49,788 bases of DNA, from positions 1-49,788 of the forward strand of contig NW_021835869.1 in assembly GCF_006345805.1 (NCBI RefSeq), written 5' to 3'. The stretch is from Octopus sinensis. Lineage: Eukaryota. The notes beneath the pieces are model-generated. The model was not told the DNA's origin, made no database searches, and saw only the letters and a program-made list of their open reading frames with translations. This document shows, piece by piece, positions 22,010-33,885 of this stretch. Both the position numbers and the translations under genes were made by a program. Position 1 is the stretch's first letter, and every line of letters starts with the position of its first letter.

Positions 22010-23150
22010 TCAATGTGAAAACCTGAAACTTACTAACAAGCACACGTAATCTCCACAGAGACAGTTATGTAGAGTGCCTCAACCTAAAACGTAAACAAAG
22101 CGGCAGAGGCTTAACATCGATCCAAAATGCCCTTGAATGTCCCTACAGCAACATCTTTTAACCACGACGTGTCGAAGTGCATCCCTTGACCAAGTTTGCA
22201 CACGAGAGGCTGATAACACCATAAGACTTGGAAGGCGTCTCCTTCAGCAACACTCTTTGTCTGATAACCTAGAATACATGCCCAAAGAAGTCGTACAACT
22301 GTACTGCAACGTATCATCAGTTGAAAGGATAAGCTTATATGAGCAAAAGACTATGCATGGATATGTTACTAGATAGCTCCGTGATGATAGTAACATCGAG
22401 CATCAAAGCAGTTCATCCTGAAGCAATAGCCGGATTACTACCTCCCACTTTAAAGCGTATGCGTTTGCAATCCAGGAATAGGAAATATCAACCAAGTACT
22501 GATGCACAAAAGGGATAGAGATGCGGTAAAAGCCGGAAAATGTGACAACTGATGCAGACTTTGTGGAGTTCACACTGCAGATATCACCTACATCGTAAGC
22601 AATTGTCCGAAAATGTCATCACGGTATTATCTACCGATGAGACATGAAGTTGTAGCTAGGACACTCTATAACGAAATCCGTCGGAATGATAATCCCGAGG
22701 ACACAGAAATAAGAACCCACAATATGGTAGAAGCCATAGCCACTCATAATAAAAAGGAATACTAGTGGAATGTACCAGTGAAGGCCTCAATATAATGTAA
22801 GCTCAACAGATCTGATATAATGATTTGGGATAGAGAAGAGAAACTGTGTACAATTGTGGAAATTAGCTGCCCAGCAGATGTTAGCATAAAGCGGAAGATC
22901 GGTGTAAAAGACAACATCTATGCTGAACTATTGAGAAATCTGCAGTTACTCTATCCAGATTACAAGTTCAGGGTTATACTTGTAATTATTGGGGCCCTGG
23001 ATATGTAACACACTACCTAAATACCAATCATCAGAAAGTAGGCTTCTGAAAACCAGAAAGGAGAAAGAGAATTCGAAGACTACACATCCAATCCATGGAA
23101 CTGTAAAAATCTGTAAAACTTTCCACAAGTTTATCATTTAGGAAGTTAAC
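22010..23150 (+). mobile_element. RLE-type non-LTR retrotransposon 3' remnant, R4/Dong-like (copy A)
   Basis: Broken frames give RKQ.GRGL, FAIQE.EIS, CRLCG..I..IVSNCPKM (CCHC knuckle), NR.DIMIWDREEKLCTIVEISCPAD..K...YAEL and IIGAL (PD-(D/E)xK endonuclease). Confidence 0.85.
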
Positions 23151-23374
23151 GTTAGACACAGAAACAAAGAGAATTCTATGACAATTCTGTACTCGTATAT
23201 ACATCTGTAATGTTGCTGCTGATGTGGCGTGGCCCTTAATCAAGCTAGATCGAGCAGGCTTATGATAAAGTGGATTCAAGCTGCGATGATTTAATCGGCT
23301 TTCCGACATAGTACAACTAGGACTATATTATTTAATGTATCCTCACTTTTAGACAGCTGCTTATATCTTAAGGA

Positions 23375-23758
23375 GTGGAGGTGCAATGACCCAGTGGTTA
23401 GGGCAGCGGACTTGCGGTCATAGGATCGCGGTTTCGATTCCCAGACTGGGCGTTGTGAGTGTTTATTGAGCGAAAACACCTAAAGCTCCACGAGGCTCCG
23501 GTAGGGGATGGTGGTGATCCCTGCTGTACTCTTTCACCACAACTTTCTCTCACTCTTACTTCCTGTTTCTGTTGTACCTGTATTTCAAAGGGCCGGCCTT
23601 GTCACTCTCTGTGTCACGCTGAATATCCCCGAGAACTACGTTAAGGGTACACGTGTCTGTGGAGTGCTCAGCCACTTACACGTTAATTTCACGAGCAGGC
23701 TGTTCCGTTGATTCGGATCAACCGGAACCCTCGTCGTCGTAACCAACGGAGTGCTTCC
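23375..23758 (+). mobile_element. SINE head S4 with tail T1, full length
   Basis: A and B boxes; perfect 12-bp TSD atatcttaagga (23363-23374, 23759-23770). Confidence 0.95.
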
Positions 23759-23924
23759 ATATCTTAAGGATATTTGTGTATTTCGAGCAGATTTGGCAAT
23801 TACATAAAGACTCTGTTATTAGCCTGCATGCACTGGTAGTGTATATAAGGTTAAATATGATACGACTATGATTCACTTTCGTATGCTCTTTCTTTCTGTA
23901 TCGGCATTACATTTGGCTAATTAC

Positions 23925-24359
23925 CTTTCTATTTTAAGGAACAAAGCCCGAAGCTTTGCGGGAGGGGACTAGTCGATTACATCGACCCCAGAATTTCACT
24001 GCTACGTAATTTATCGACCCTGAAAGGATGAAAAGCAAAGTCGACCTCGGCGGAATTTAAACTCAGAACGTAGCGACGGGTGAATTACCGCAAAGCATTT
24101 CCCTCCAGAGTGCTAACGATTCTTATTTCTTTATTGCCCACAAGGGGCTAAACATAGAGGGGACAAACAAGGACAGACAAACGGATTAAGTCGATTACAT
24201 CGACCCCAGTGCGTAACTGGTACTTATTTAATCGACCCCGAAAGGATGAAAGGCAAAGTGGACCTCGGCGGAATTTGAACTCAGAACGTAGCGACGGGTG
24301 AATTACCGCTAAACATTTCGTCCAGAGTGTTAACGATTCTGCCAGCTCGCCGCCCTCAC
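23925..24359 (-). mobile_element. SINE S2 dimer flanked by a single TSD
   Basis: Two S2 units joined near 24123. The 12-bp TSD ttggctaattac is at 23913-23924 and 24360-24371. Confidence 0.9.
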
Positions 24360-24562
24360 TTGGCTAATTACTGCCACATGGAACTTAACACATCTACCCA
24401 GTCCACGTTATCCCTTCGAATACAAAACGACGCCAAACTGATTGTTAGCCCTTTACAGCTTGTTGTGATGCGTCACGTCCGTCTATCAGAATGGTTCAAC
24501 TAATAATGCTATTGATTTCTGTTTTTAGGGGATGACAGGAGAAATTAGTTTGCTGTCAAGAA

Positions 24563-24785
24563 GCAGCGAGCTGGCAGAACCAGCAACGCACAGGACAATA
24601 TGCTTAACGGCAATTCTTCTGGGGTTTTACGTTCCGAGTTCAAATTCCATAGAGGTCAACTTGCTTTTCATCGATAAAATAAGTAGCAGTTGAGCGCTGT
24701 GTTGGAGGGGAGTCGATGTAATTATCTTGCTCACTCCCTCCAAAATTTCAAAATTTCTGGCCTTATGCCAATAGTAGAAAGCAAT
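24563..24785 (+). mobile_element. SINE S2, diverged copy
   Basis: gcagcgagctggcagaa head, ccgagttcaaattcc B box, ggccttatgccaatagtagaaa tail. Confidence 0.8.
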
Positions 24786-24912
24786 AATAATAATAAAAAA
24801 GACTGATTTGGTATAAACGATATCGGTCACGTAACTTTGTAGTGAGATGTTTCTAAGTTCCGTATTGGTTCCTGTTGTTCGCGATATTACAACTAGTCAT
24901 GATAGTCGAAAA

Positions 24913-24955
<43 letters not shown>

Positions 24956-25503
24956 GTGTGTGTGTGTGCGTGTGTTTGTGTGTGTGTGTATGTGTGTGCG
25001 TACGTATGTGTGTGCACATGTATTTGCGTGTAGATAATGGTGCTTGGATTGAGAGTGGGTGTTTGGATAGATAACGGTGAAAGTCTTGAATCCTGATAGC
25101 AATGGTGGTTGTATACATGTGATTGACAACAGCAAAAAAAAAAAAAAAAAGAGAATGAAAGTGATAATCTTCGTTCTCCGTTGGCCTTTTACAAAAAATA
25201 AGAAAAGAAAAGAACAAAGAAAAGAGAAACAAAAATCCAACAAAAAAATACTTTAAAATGAAAATGTGTGAACTCAATGACGTTAATACTGATATAAAAA
25301 TGCTCCGGGCCGCACCTATGTTTTAATGTACAATGCGTTTCTTTATGCATAATGTATAAGTATATATGTATAACCGGAAGTGTTTGCATACATACATGCA
25401 CATGTATATTCACTATATATATATATATATATAGTGGTTTTATCTCTAATTTAATTTATATTATATATATATAATATATACATATATGTGTGTGTGTGCA
25501 TGT

Positions 25504-25559
<56 letters not shown>

Positions 25560-26189
25560 CTATATATGTATACCTATATCTGTGTCTATATATATGTATA
25601 TATATATTTAATATATATATTATATATTATTATATGTATATATAGTATATATATGTCATAATATATATATATAAGTACATATATATATATATCTTCTTTT
25701 AAATGTATGTTATATCTGTCCAACCACCTTTTCCGTGTATTCCCCGGATGTATACTTGTTTAACAAACAATCTTTTACATTACGTGTCATTGCAATAGTG
25801 CAGATGACGTCAGAGAAGATCTATCCTATGTGCAGATATATATAATTGAATTAATTTTATTGGTCGAAAAAGTACATCCTTTTGTTTCCATTTCACACAT
25901 TTAACATTTTGTAAGTGCATAAGGTCAGTACAAGAGGAAGCCTCTATGTTGTCGTTCGATATGTTAACATCAGTAATGAAATATTCCCCAAAGAATGTTC
26001 ATACTTTTAAATAAAGGAAGGGTTACTTTGGATAATATAATCTTTGAGAACATATATCTGAGAAAGATAGGGCTTACACACACACGCCACATACATACAT
26101 ACATACATACATACATACATACATACATACATACATACATACATACATACATACATAGACATACAGCATTGATGGTGATACTCTTGCAA

Positions 26190-27900
26190 CTGTGATCCAG
26201 AAACCCCAGTATGGAAAAGCACCTGGAAGAAACGTGACTGTTGGATATTGGTTCAAGAATCTAGCCTTCTACCGACCATATCTTATCAATCTTTACCAGC
26301 AACCTCTCAATAGGTATAATAGCATATCACACTGGTTAGCTCTGGCAGAGACAAAATTGATCCCCAAATGCTAACCAGCCACATGGCAAAAAAACTACCG
26401 GCCAATTGCATGTCAGAACTTAATGTATATACTCCAGGACCATTGTGAAACACCAATAACATGATAACAGTAGAACATGCAGCTACGAGAAAGGGAGTCT
26501 GGGTATGTGCCGAACAATTGTTAATCAACAAAACTGTGATGTCGGATGTGTGATATCATAGGAGGAATATAGTTTCAATGAGGCTAGACTACAGGACAGC
26601 TTTTGACTTATGGATGCTAGAAGCCCTTCAACCTGCTAAAGTTCCAGTGAGCATAACAAAGCCATAGCTGAGCTAACTTCATCGTGGGCCACTATCTTGA
26701 AATTAAACTCAAAGAGTGACTGTACTATCACTGGTAGAATATAGTATTGCAAGACATACTCCAAAGGGACAGCCTCTCTGTTATGTTTATATTGTTTGTA
26801 AACCCCTTGTGATTCACGTTAAGGAAGTATGAGGGATATCGCAGTGGTTCGCAAGGAAGCAGAAATACCAAAATTACGCACTGTTTCTTTGTAGATGTCT
26901 TGAAACTTTATGCAAAGATATGCACGAGATGAAAAAGAGCTTTGATCTAGTTACAACTTTCTCACAGGATGTAGGGTTCGAGTTTGGTCAGGATAAATAC
27001 TGTTATATGGTTGTGAAAAGAGGGAAAACTGAAAAACCAGATTAGCAGCATCTCCATCAATGACTTGACTGTTTCGTTTCCACTATATCAGATGAGGAAA
27101 GTTACAGGTATCTAGGGGTGGATGAAAACATATCTTACAATGGCACCAGTAACAAAACACGTGTCACTAAAGAATATATACAGCCGATTAAACAAAATTT
27201 AGACCTCAGAACTCTCTGCATTCACTAAAAAAGTGGCCCACAATGGTGTTTTCAGTGCCAGTACTCATAGCAACATTTGGGCTGCTTGATTGGACGCTTG
27301 ATGAAATTCGAGGCATTCATATGAAAACCCGAAAAATACTAATAAGCAAACATAATTTCGGATAAACAGTGACGTAGACCGCCTCTACCTAACGAAAACA
27401 AGGCGGCAGAGGCTTAACAGCGATCCAAAATGCCTTTGAATATCGTACCATATCCCTTCGGCAACATCTTTTAACCAACAAGAGTCGAAGTGTACCTTGA
27501 CTAAGTTTGCATACATGAGGCTGGTAATATAAGACTTGGAAGGCAGCTCTTTGAGCAACATTCCTTGTCTGATAACCTAGAATACATTGCCCAAAGATGT
27601 CGAACGACTCTGCCGCTACGTATTTTCTGATGAAAGGCTGAGTATATATGAGCAGAAGACTATGCATGGATGCATGTCAGTAAAAAGCTCCAAGATTAGA
27701 GTAACATTGATAATCAAAGCAGTCTTTGAAGGATATGTGTTTGCAATCCAGGAACAGGAAATATCAACCAAATACCTGATGCACAAAAGGGATAGAGATG
27801 CAGAAAGCAGTGAAATGTGACAAGCGATGCAGACTTTGTGGAGTTAACATCGAAGATATCACCCACATCACTGTCCGAAAATGTTATCACGGTTTTATCT
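26190..27900 (+). mobile_element. RLE-type non-LTR retrotransposon RT remnant, R4/Dong-like (copy B)
   Basis: Broken frames give KAPG..GYWFK, NYRPIAC.NLMY, EQLLINK, LDY.TAFD, QRDSLS, FFVD.LKLYA, YRYLGVDE, SELS, DVDRLYL.RKQGGRGL and CRLCG. Overlaps copy A in homology at about 27320-27900. Confidence 0.9.
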
Positions 27901-28452
27901 ATATATTCGTGATTCACTCGTTTATTACCGTTCTTATTCTAACTCATGTCCATTGTCCGGAAATCTTTCATCACACATCTGTGACCTCCTCAGAGATACT
28001 TTCTGTTTTGATTTGTGCTCTTGTCCATTCTGTTCTTCTGTGATATGTATCTTTATATGCGCATGCGTCTGAGTTTGCGTGTGTGTTTACGTGTGTGTAT
28101 TTTTGTATCCGTGCTCTCTTTATACAGTTTCTTTGTTTCTCGTCATGTTATGTGGTGTGGTGTGGTGTGGTGTGGTGTGGAGGTGGGTGTTATTGTTCCA
28201 TTCCTGTCTCCCGTTGAGGCTCGGTCTTTCTATTGCTACGTGTGGAGCCACTGTGATCTGTCTAAATGTCGTATGAGTTCTATGCGTTGATGTTTTTGCC
28301 TCAGCCACTGTTCTGCTTGAGCACGTTGCCCTCTCCTGCAAAATTCCATATCCTGTGCCTATAATAGAAAGTCTTATTTGTAACACAATGCAGCAGTTAT
28401 TTTCCCCTAATTTTATGTATCTATATACATAAAATAAGAAAAACCATATATG

Positions 28453-28487
<35 letters not shown>

Positions 28488-28572
28488 TGTTGTGTCTGGA
28501 GAGAGTCATTTTGTTTTTGTGCCTTATAATATAACACACTCACCGGTAAAATTTCCACTTTTTCTTATTTTC

Positions 28573-28609
28573 CTAAACTTTTCGTTGCGTCTTGCAACCT
28601 TTTCAATAG
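28573..28609 (-). ncRNA. Hammerhead-like motif HHR8 (U3-A8 variant, stem III damaged)
   Basis: Minus strand CTA-TTGAAAA-g-GTTGC-aagac-GCAAC-GAAA-AG-T-T-TAG. Confidence 0.45.
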
Positions 28610-28631
28610 TTTTGACTCTCAAAAGTCAAAA

Positions 28632-28668
28632 CTATTGAAAAGGTTGCATGACGCAACGAAAATTTTAG
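28632..28668 (+). ncRNA. Hammerhead-like motif HHR9 (U3-A8 compensatory core variant)
   Basis: CTA-TTGAAAA-g-GTTGC-atgac-GCAAC-GAAA-AT-T-T-TAG. Same spacing as HHR7, with C3-G8 replaced by U3-A8 and a palindromic AATT stem III. Confidence 0.55.
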
Positions 28669-29279
28669 GAAAATAAAAATAAGAAAAAAGTGAAAATTTT
28701 ACCGGTGAGTGTGTTATATTATAAGGCACAAAAAGAAAATGACTCTCCCCAGACACAACAGAATATGCTTCAACACACGAACTCATATAAAGAATCTTGC
28801 TTGAAAGATTGCTTGGTGATGCATGGTGGGTTTTATAAATCTGCCTATTTTAAGCATATCAAAAAGTACGAAACTTTTAGTAGCACTTTCGTAATGTGCA
28901 TTAAACTGATATCTATACTCACACACAAACAAACACACACACACACACACATATGTGTGTCAGACGAATAAGAAGGAGAAACAGAAACGTTAAAAATGTA
29001 CTAATTCTACAAGTGCTTGTTTAAAAAGAAAAAAACATGTAACGAACTTGTGTGAGTGAATTCTCTTGTACTTTCGGGGTACAAGAAAGCAATCACTAGC
29101 CGTTGCTTTCATAATCCAGAATTCTACCAGTCAGAAACAACAAGACGCAGACGTAAAAGATATATACTACTTTAATTTCTCTAATGTGGTAACAGTAACA
29201 ATAAGTGGTTATCTGGTATCCCTTTGGTATAAATGTGTCGTGCTGAACCTTATCTCTGTAAAATAAGAAAGTGTTCAAA

Positions 29280-29710
29280 TGCAAAACGACACTGGTCAAA
29301 GATGGCGGCGAACAATGGAGACGATGTTGGTCTGCAACAATTTGGTTAAAGGCCTTTTGGTAAGGTGCTGCTAGAATCTAGTTCGCACGGAGAGAAAATA
29401 TACGTGACCGTCGCCTTCAGTCGCTGCTGTCTCAAGTCGCTGCTTGCTGGACGCTGGTGGTCAACGTCTTACGACCCCCTTGCCTCGGCTAACTGCTACG
29501 TAGGCAAAAGGGTTCTTCTTCCGGTGCTTCGCGCATGCGCGAGAGGGCCCTTCCTCTCTCTGCCTTGGTGAAGGCACCAACACGCGCGAAATAGAAAATG
29601 GACGGTGCGCGAGCGCGCACCGTTGTATAGGATCACTACAAACACAATTAAAATGCGAAAATCTGGTGAAGTAAGAGGAATCACAGAAAAGACGTGTCAT
29701 GAGTAAGTCC
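29280..29710. promoter_or_regulatory. CpG-rich probable promoter/first-exon region, possibly bidirectional
   Basis: Sharp local CpG enrichment. YY1-type AAGATGGCGGCG at 29299-29310; ETS CTTCCGG at 29518-29524; NRF1-type 14-bp palindrome TCGCGCATGCGCGA at 29529-29542; inverted repeat at 29602-29623. Plus-strand donors GTAAGG (29360) and GTAAGT (29703); minus-strand donor at 29403 and acceptor at 29256. Confidence 0.7.
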
Positions 29711-29944
29711 GATTGGATTACAGACTTTTGTTATCTTTCTTGTCATTGCATTTGGTTTTCGGAACACGTTTCGTTTTGTTTTAAAGACATGAGCAAATAA
29801 GCTTCATGCAATCTTTAGATAATCAACATTAATTTTATTTTACATATTTATGTTTAAACTTAGGGAATGCCACACAACTCTCCGCATTGTTTCGTAATCA
29901 GATTTATCTTTGCGTTCATCCGCCAATTAGCAGGCATTACTTTC

Positions 29945-29971
29945 CTACATCACCATCATCCTCATCACTAC

Positions 29972-30021
<50 letters not shown>

Positions 30022-30037
30022 CTACCCTCATCATCAC

Positions 30038-30072
<35 letters not shown>

Positions 30073-30260
30073 CCTTCATCCTCATCACTACCATCATCAT
30101 CATCATCATCATCACCATCATCCTCATCACTACCATCATCATCATCATCACCTTCATCATCATAATCCTCGTCAACATTATCCTCATTCTTATCGTGAAC
30201 GTCATCATCATCCTCATCATCTTCGTCGTCGTTAGCATCATCGCCATTATCATCATCATC
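29945..30260 (+). repeat. Imperfect (CAT)n microsatellite
   Basis: Direct inspection; explains the poly-His, poly-Ser and poly-Met ORFs. Confidence 0.9.
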
Positions 30261-30509
30261 GTCATCTCCAAAATTATTATCACCCTTATCATCAGTGTCT
30301 TCACCACCATCCTCAGTAGCAACATCTGCAGCTTTATCATCATCACCATTGTCAATAGCCCTTATTTTATTATAATTTTGTTTTTTATTTTTACTTCTAA
30401 AGCGCCATATTGTTTCTTCGAAGAAGAGATGTTTGGAACATGATAGAGATCGGGTGATTTTATTTTAAATCAACTGAACCCTGTCGAGGATTACATTTAT
30501 GAGCACAGT

Positions 30510-31220
30510 GCAGTGAATTAGCAGAATTAGTGGAACCACGGATAAAAAAGAAAAACCTTGTGGTATTTAGTTGTGTCTCTTTACAAGCTGAGTTCGAGTA
30601 CCACTCGGAGTCAAATGTTTTCATTTTTCGGGGTTTGATGAACATAAGAAACCACTAATTACAGATGTAATCGACTAATGCCTTTTCCCCCAAAATTGAT
30701 GGCCTTGTACCAAAATTTGAAATCAATATTATTAAGTAAGGCGGCGAGTTGGCAGAATCGTTCCCGCGCCGTGGAAAATGCTTTGCAGCATTTCGTCCGT
30801 CTTTACATTCAGAGTTCAAATTCCGCAAAGTTCGACTTTGCTTTTCATCATTTTGGGGTCGATAAAGTGAGAACCCGTTGAGCACTACGGTGATGTAATC
30901 GACTTACTCCCTTTCCCGAAATTACTGGCCTTGTGTCATAATTTAAAACCGATATTATTATCATTATTAAGAGCGAGCTGACAAAATCGATAGTGTAGTG
31001 GACAAATTGCTAAGGAGCGCTTCTTCCGACTCTTTACATACTGAGTTCAAATTCCTGCGGGACTGATTTTACATTTCAGGTTGATGAAATAAGAACTTCT
31101 CAGAATTTCTGTCTTTTTGCTCCTTTCAGGGTCAATGAAATATGAACCAGTTGAGTACTGAAATCGATGAAGTACTAGCTACTATCCACAAAATTTCGGG
31201 CTTATAGTAGAAAGGGTTAT
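30510..31220 (+). mobile_element. Three head-to-tail S2 SINE copies of differing decay (~30510-30732, 30739-30960, 30971-31220)
   Basis: Heads gcagtgaattagcagaa, ggcggcgagttggcagaa and gagcgagctgacaaaa. Each copy ends in an attatt tail. Confidence 0.7.
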
Positions 31221-31233
31221 CATTATTATCGTA

Positions 31234-31281
<48 letters not shown>

Positions 31282-31836
31282 GAGTGAGAGAGCAGTGCAT
31301 GCCATCAAAGTGACACTGGGGTAAAATATACGAATCCCAGTATACCCATCATGACTACCCGTCTGATAAAGGTACACTAGGCACATGCATCACAACCATA
31401 TGTGCGCGACATGGTGATCTCATATCAAGATAAACAGTACATGACCTTGCAGGTGGAGCCCAGTTAGAATTTCCTTCTGGTCGGGTAACCCATTCCGCTC
31501 AAAAGGACCCTGAATAAGGGTCATTTAATGATGTTGAACGAAACACCCATGTTTCCAGAATTTAATTATTCAAACCCCAAAGAATCCCTCTCAACACGTG
31601 GCTATGATGCTCCCCCACTACTTCTGCTCATGATCAGAGATGCACATATCGTCAGCCACCAAGGGACATGCTCAACTGGTTAAGGTCAAACAACTGACAA
31701 GTAAATCTGTGGTATTGAGTAGAATATTTGCTGTAGCCCATCTTTTATACCAAGACAAAACAATGTACATGATAACACTTCCAATCAGTTAAGATCAGAA
31801 GCCACGAGAGCCACTGCCTGGTACTGCATCAGAGCA

Positions 31837-31837
<1 letters not shown>
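31282..31837. mobile_element. ~555-bp non-coding element inserted in a (TTA)n tract
   Basis: Complex sequence bounded on both sides by pure (TTA)n (31236-31281, 31838-31900), with no ORF and no tRNA head. Repetitiveness is inferred, not shown in this window. Confidence 0.45.
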
Positions 31838-31890
<53 letters not shown>

Positions 31891-31902
31891 CATTATTGTT
31901 AT

Positions 31903-32410
31903 TAGCATCTTCTCTCAATTCTGTTTCCGTTCCTTGCCGAGTGACTTCCTCACACCTAGGGCAGAGAAATGTATATATTGGCAGGCCATCAAAATAAACA
32001 CAGCACATTGTTCATATGCAAAGTCATGTGACAGAGAAAAAGAGGAACGCAGTGAGTAAAAGGAAAAAATTAAAAACTAAAAAGTAAACAAATAAAATAA
32101 AAGGGGTAAAAAAGGAAAGAAAATTCACAGCGACAATGCTCTTCTTAGTACATGTGACGTACCAGTTAAGACACTATTGTACTTCCTGCATGGATGATAA
32201 ACCAGGGATCATTCTTAAATAATTTTCATTTCCTTTTTTGATCATTCCAAATGCTCCTATTTCGATTAGCAAATCTTCATATTTTCTGAGCTTCTTAAAT
32301 TCTTTTGCTGAAATGTTTTGGTAACAGGGTATGCTCATGTCAATCAATACACAGACTTTATTGTTTTGGTCTTTCACAATAACATCTGGTTTATTTGGTT
32401 TGATTGTCCG

Positions 32411-32411
<1 letters not shown>
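31903..32411 (-). mobile_element. R4/Dong-like retrotransposon 3' end (copy D) between TAA tracts
   Basis: RTIKPNKPDVIVKDQNNKVCVLIDMSIP..K...KYEDL..IGAFG..EVQ*..GTSHVLRRALSL-stop, then a 3' UTR running into (TAA)n. The 5' side also abuts (TAA)n/(TGA)n. Confidence 0.9.
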
Positions 32412-32500
<89 letters not shown>

Positions 32501-32508
32501 TATTATCA

Positions 32509-32554
<46 letters not shown>

Positions 32555-32584
32555 CATTATTATTATTATTGTCATCGTTGTTGT

Positions 32585-33297
32585 AGTATGTCATTATTCA
32601 GTTTTATTTCAAGATTTCTTGCCAAAAGAGAAAGAGCCTATATCTAACCTAGATCCAAGCCTCTGTTATTGGAATTTCAACATCAACAGGCTATTTTTGT
32701 ATGTATGTTCATATTTGTATGTTTTGTTTTATGTATGCATTCTCATGTATATAGTTGCATATCTAGAAGTGTTCATATATATTTAGATTATAAACTTCTG
32801 GCAAGTTTTAAACATTTTTACAGTTCTAGTGATGGATCAGCTTTCTGCTTTCTGGTTTTAAGAAGCCCAATTTCTTAAGATTGGTATTTAGGCAGTGTGT
32901 TACATATCCAGGGCCCCAATAATTACAGGTATAAAAATTAACTTGTAAACTGGATGGAATACCTGTAGATTCCGCAATAGTTCAGCGTAGGTATTTTCTT
33001 TTTCGTTGAGCAGCCGATTTCCACAACTGTACAGAGTTTCTCTTCTCTATCCCAAATTAGCATGTCAGGTATATTTTGTTTGCATTTCTTGAGGTTTTCA
33101 CTGGGGCATTCCATCAGTACACCTTTATGAGTTGCTATGGCTTCTACTATACTGTAGGTTCTTATTTCTTTGGCTATGGAGTTATCCTCCCGACAGATCT
33201 CATTATACAGTGTCCTAACTACAACATCCTATCTCATCGGTAGAAAAAACGTAATAACATTTTCGGACAACTGCTTATGATGCGGGTGATACATTCG
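32585..33297 (-). mobile_element. R4/Dong-like retrotransposon 3' end (copy C)
   Basis: Reverse complement homology to copy A (HIISSCPKM, RTLYNEI, PDMLIWDREEKLCTVVEI, IIGAL). The 3' end abuts the TAA microsatellite at 32412-32575. Confidence 0.9.
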
Positions 33298-33315
33298 GTG
33301 TTAACTTCACACTAT

Positions 33316-33706
33316 GTAGGTATGTATGTATGTATGTATGTATGTATGTATGTATGTATGTATGTATGTATGTATGTATGTATGTGTGTGTATGTATGTA
33401 TGTATGTATGTATGTATGTGTGTACGTATGCATGCATGTATGTATGCATGCATGTATGTATGTATGCATGTATGTATGTATGTATGCATGTATGTATGTA
33501 TGTATGTATGTATGTATGTATGCATGCATGCATGTATGTATGTATGCATCCATGTATGTATGTATGCATGTATGCATGTATGTATGTATGTATGCATGTA
33601 TGTATGTATGTATGTATGTATGCATGTATGCATGCATCTATGTATGTATGTATGTATGTATGTATGTATGTATGTATGTATGTATGTATGTATGTATGTA
33701 TGTATA
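33316..33706 (+). repeat. (TATG)n/(TGCA) tetranucleotide array
   Basis: Direct inspection. Confidence 0.95.
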
Positions 33707-33853
33707 CAATACTATCAAACAGTAAGAACTTCACTTGGTGGGTGAATATTCATTTGCGAACTGACAGTGCAGCCAATAGTTTAGGGAGTTCACATTTCTC
33801 AAGTATTCTACTCAGAATGTTGATAATAGCCTCTATGTTGGATATATATATAT

Positions 33854-33885
<32 letters not shown>

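Larger units (their letters stand above)
28487..28761. repeat. 275-bp fold-back (131/138-bp arms, 6-nt loop) next to (TA)n
   Basis: 28487-28617 is the near-perfect reverse complement of 28624-28761; the loop is ctcaaa. Confidence 0.95.

Noticed and set aside
23375-23460. tRNA gene-like sequences with A and B boxes (also at 687, 14166, 43425 and others)
   Set aside because: No complete cloverleaf, and each continues into a SINE body, several with TSDs.
29867-30355. Poly-His, poly-Ser and poly-Met ORFs
   Set aside because: (CAT)n repeat open in several frames on both strands, with no flanking domain or convincing splice context.
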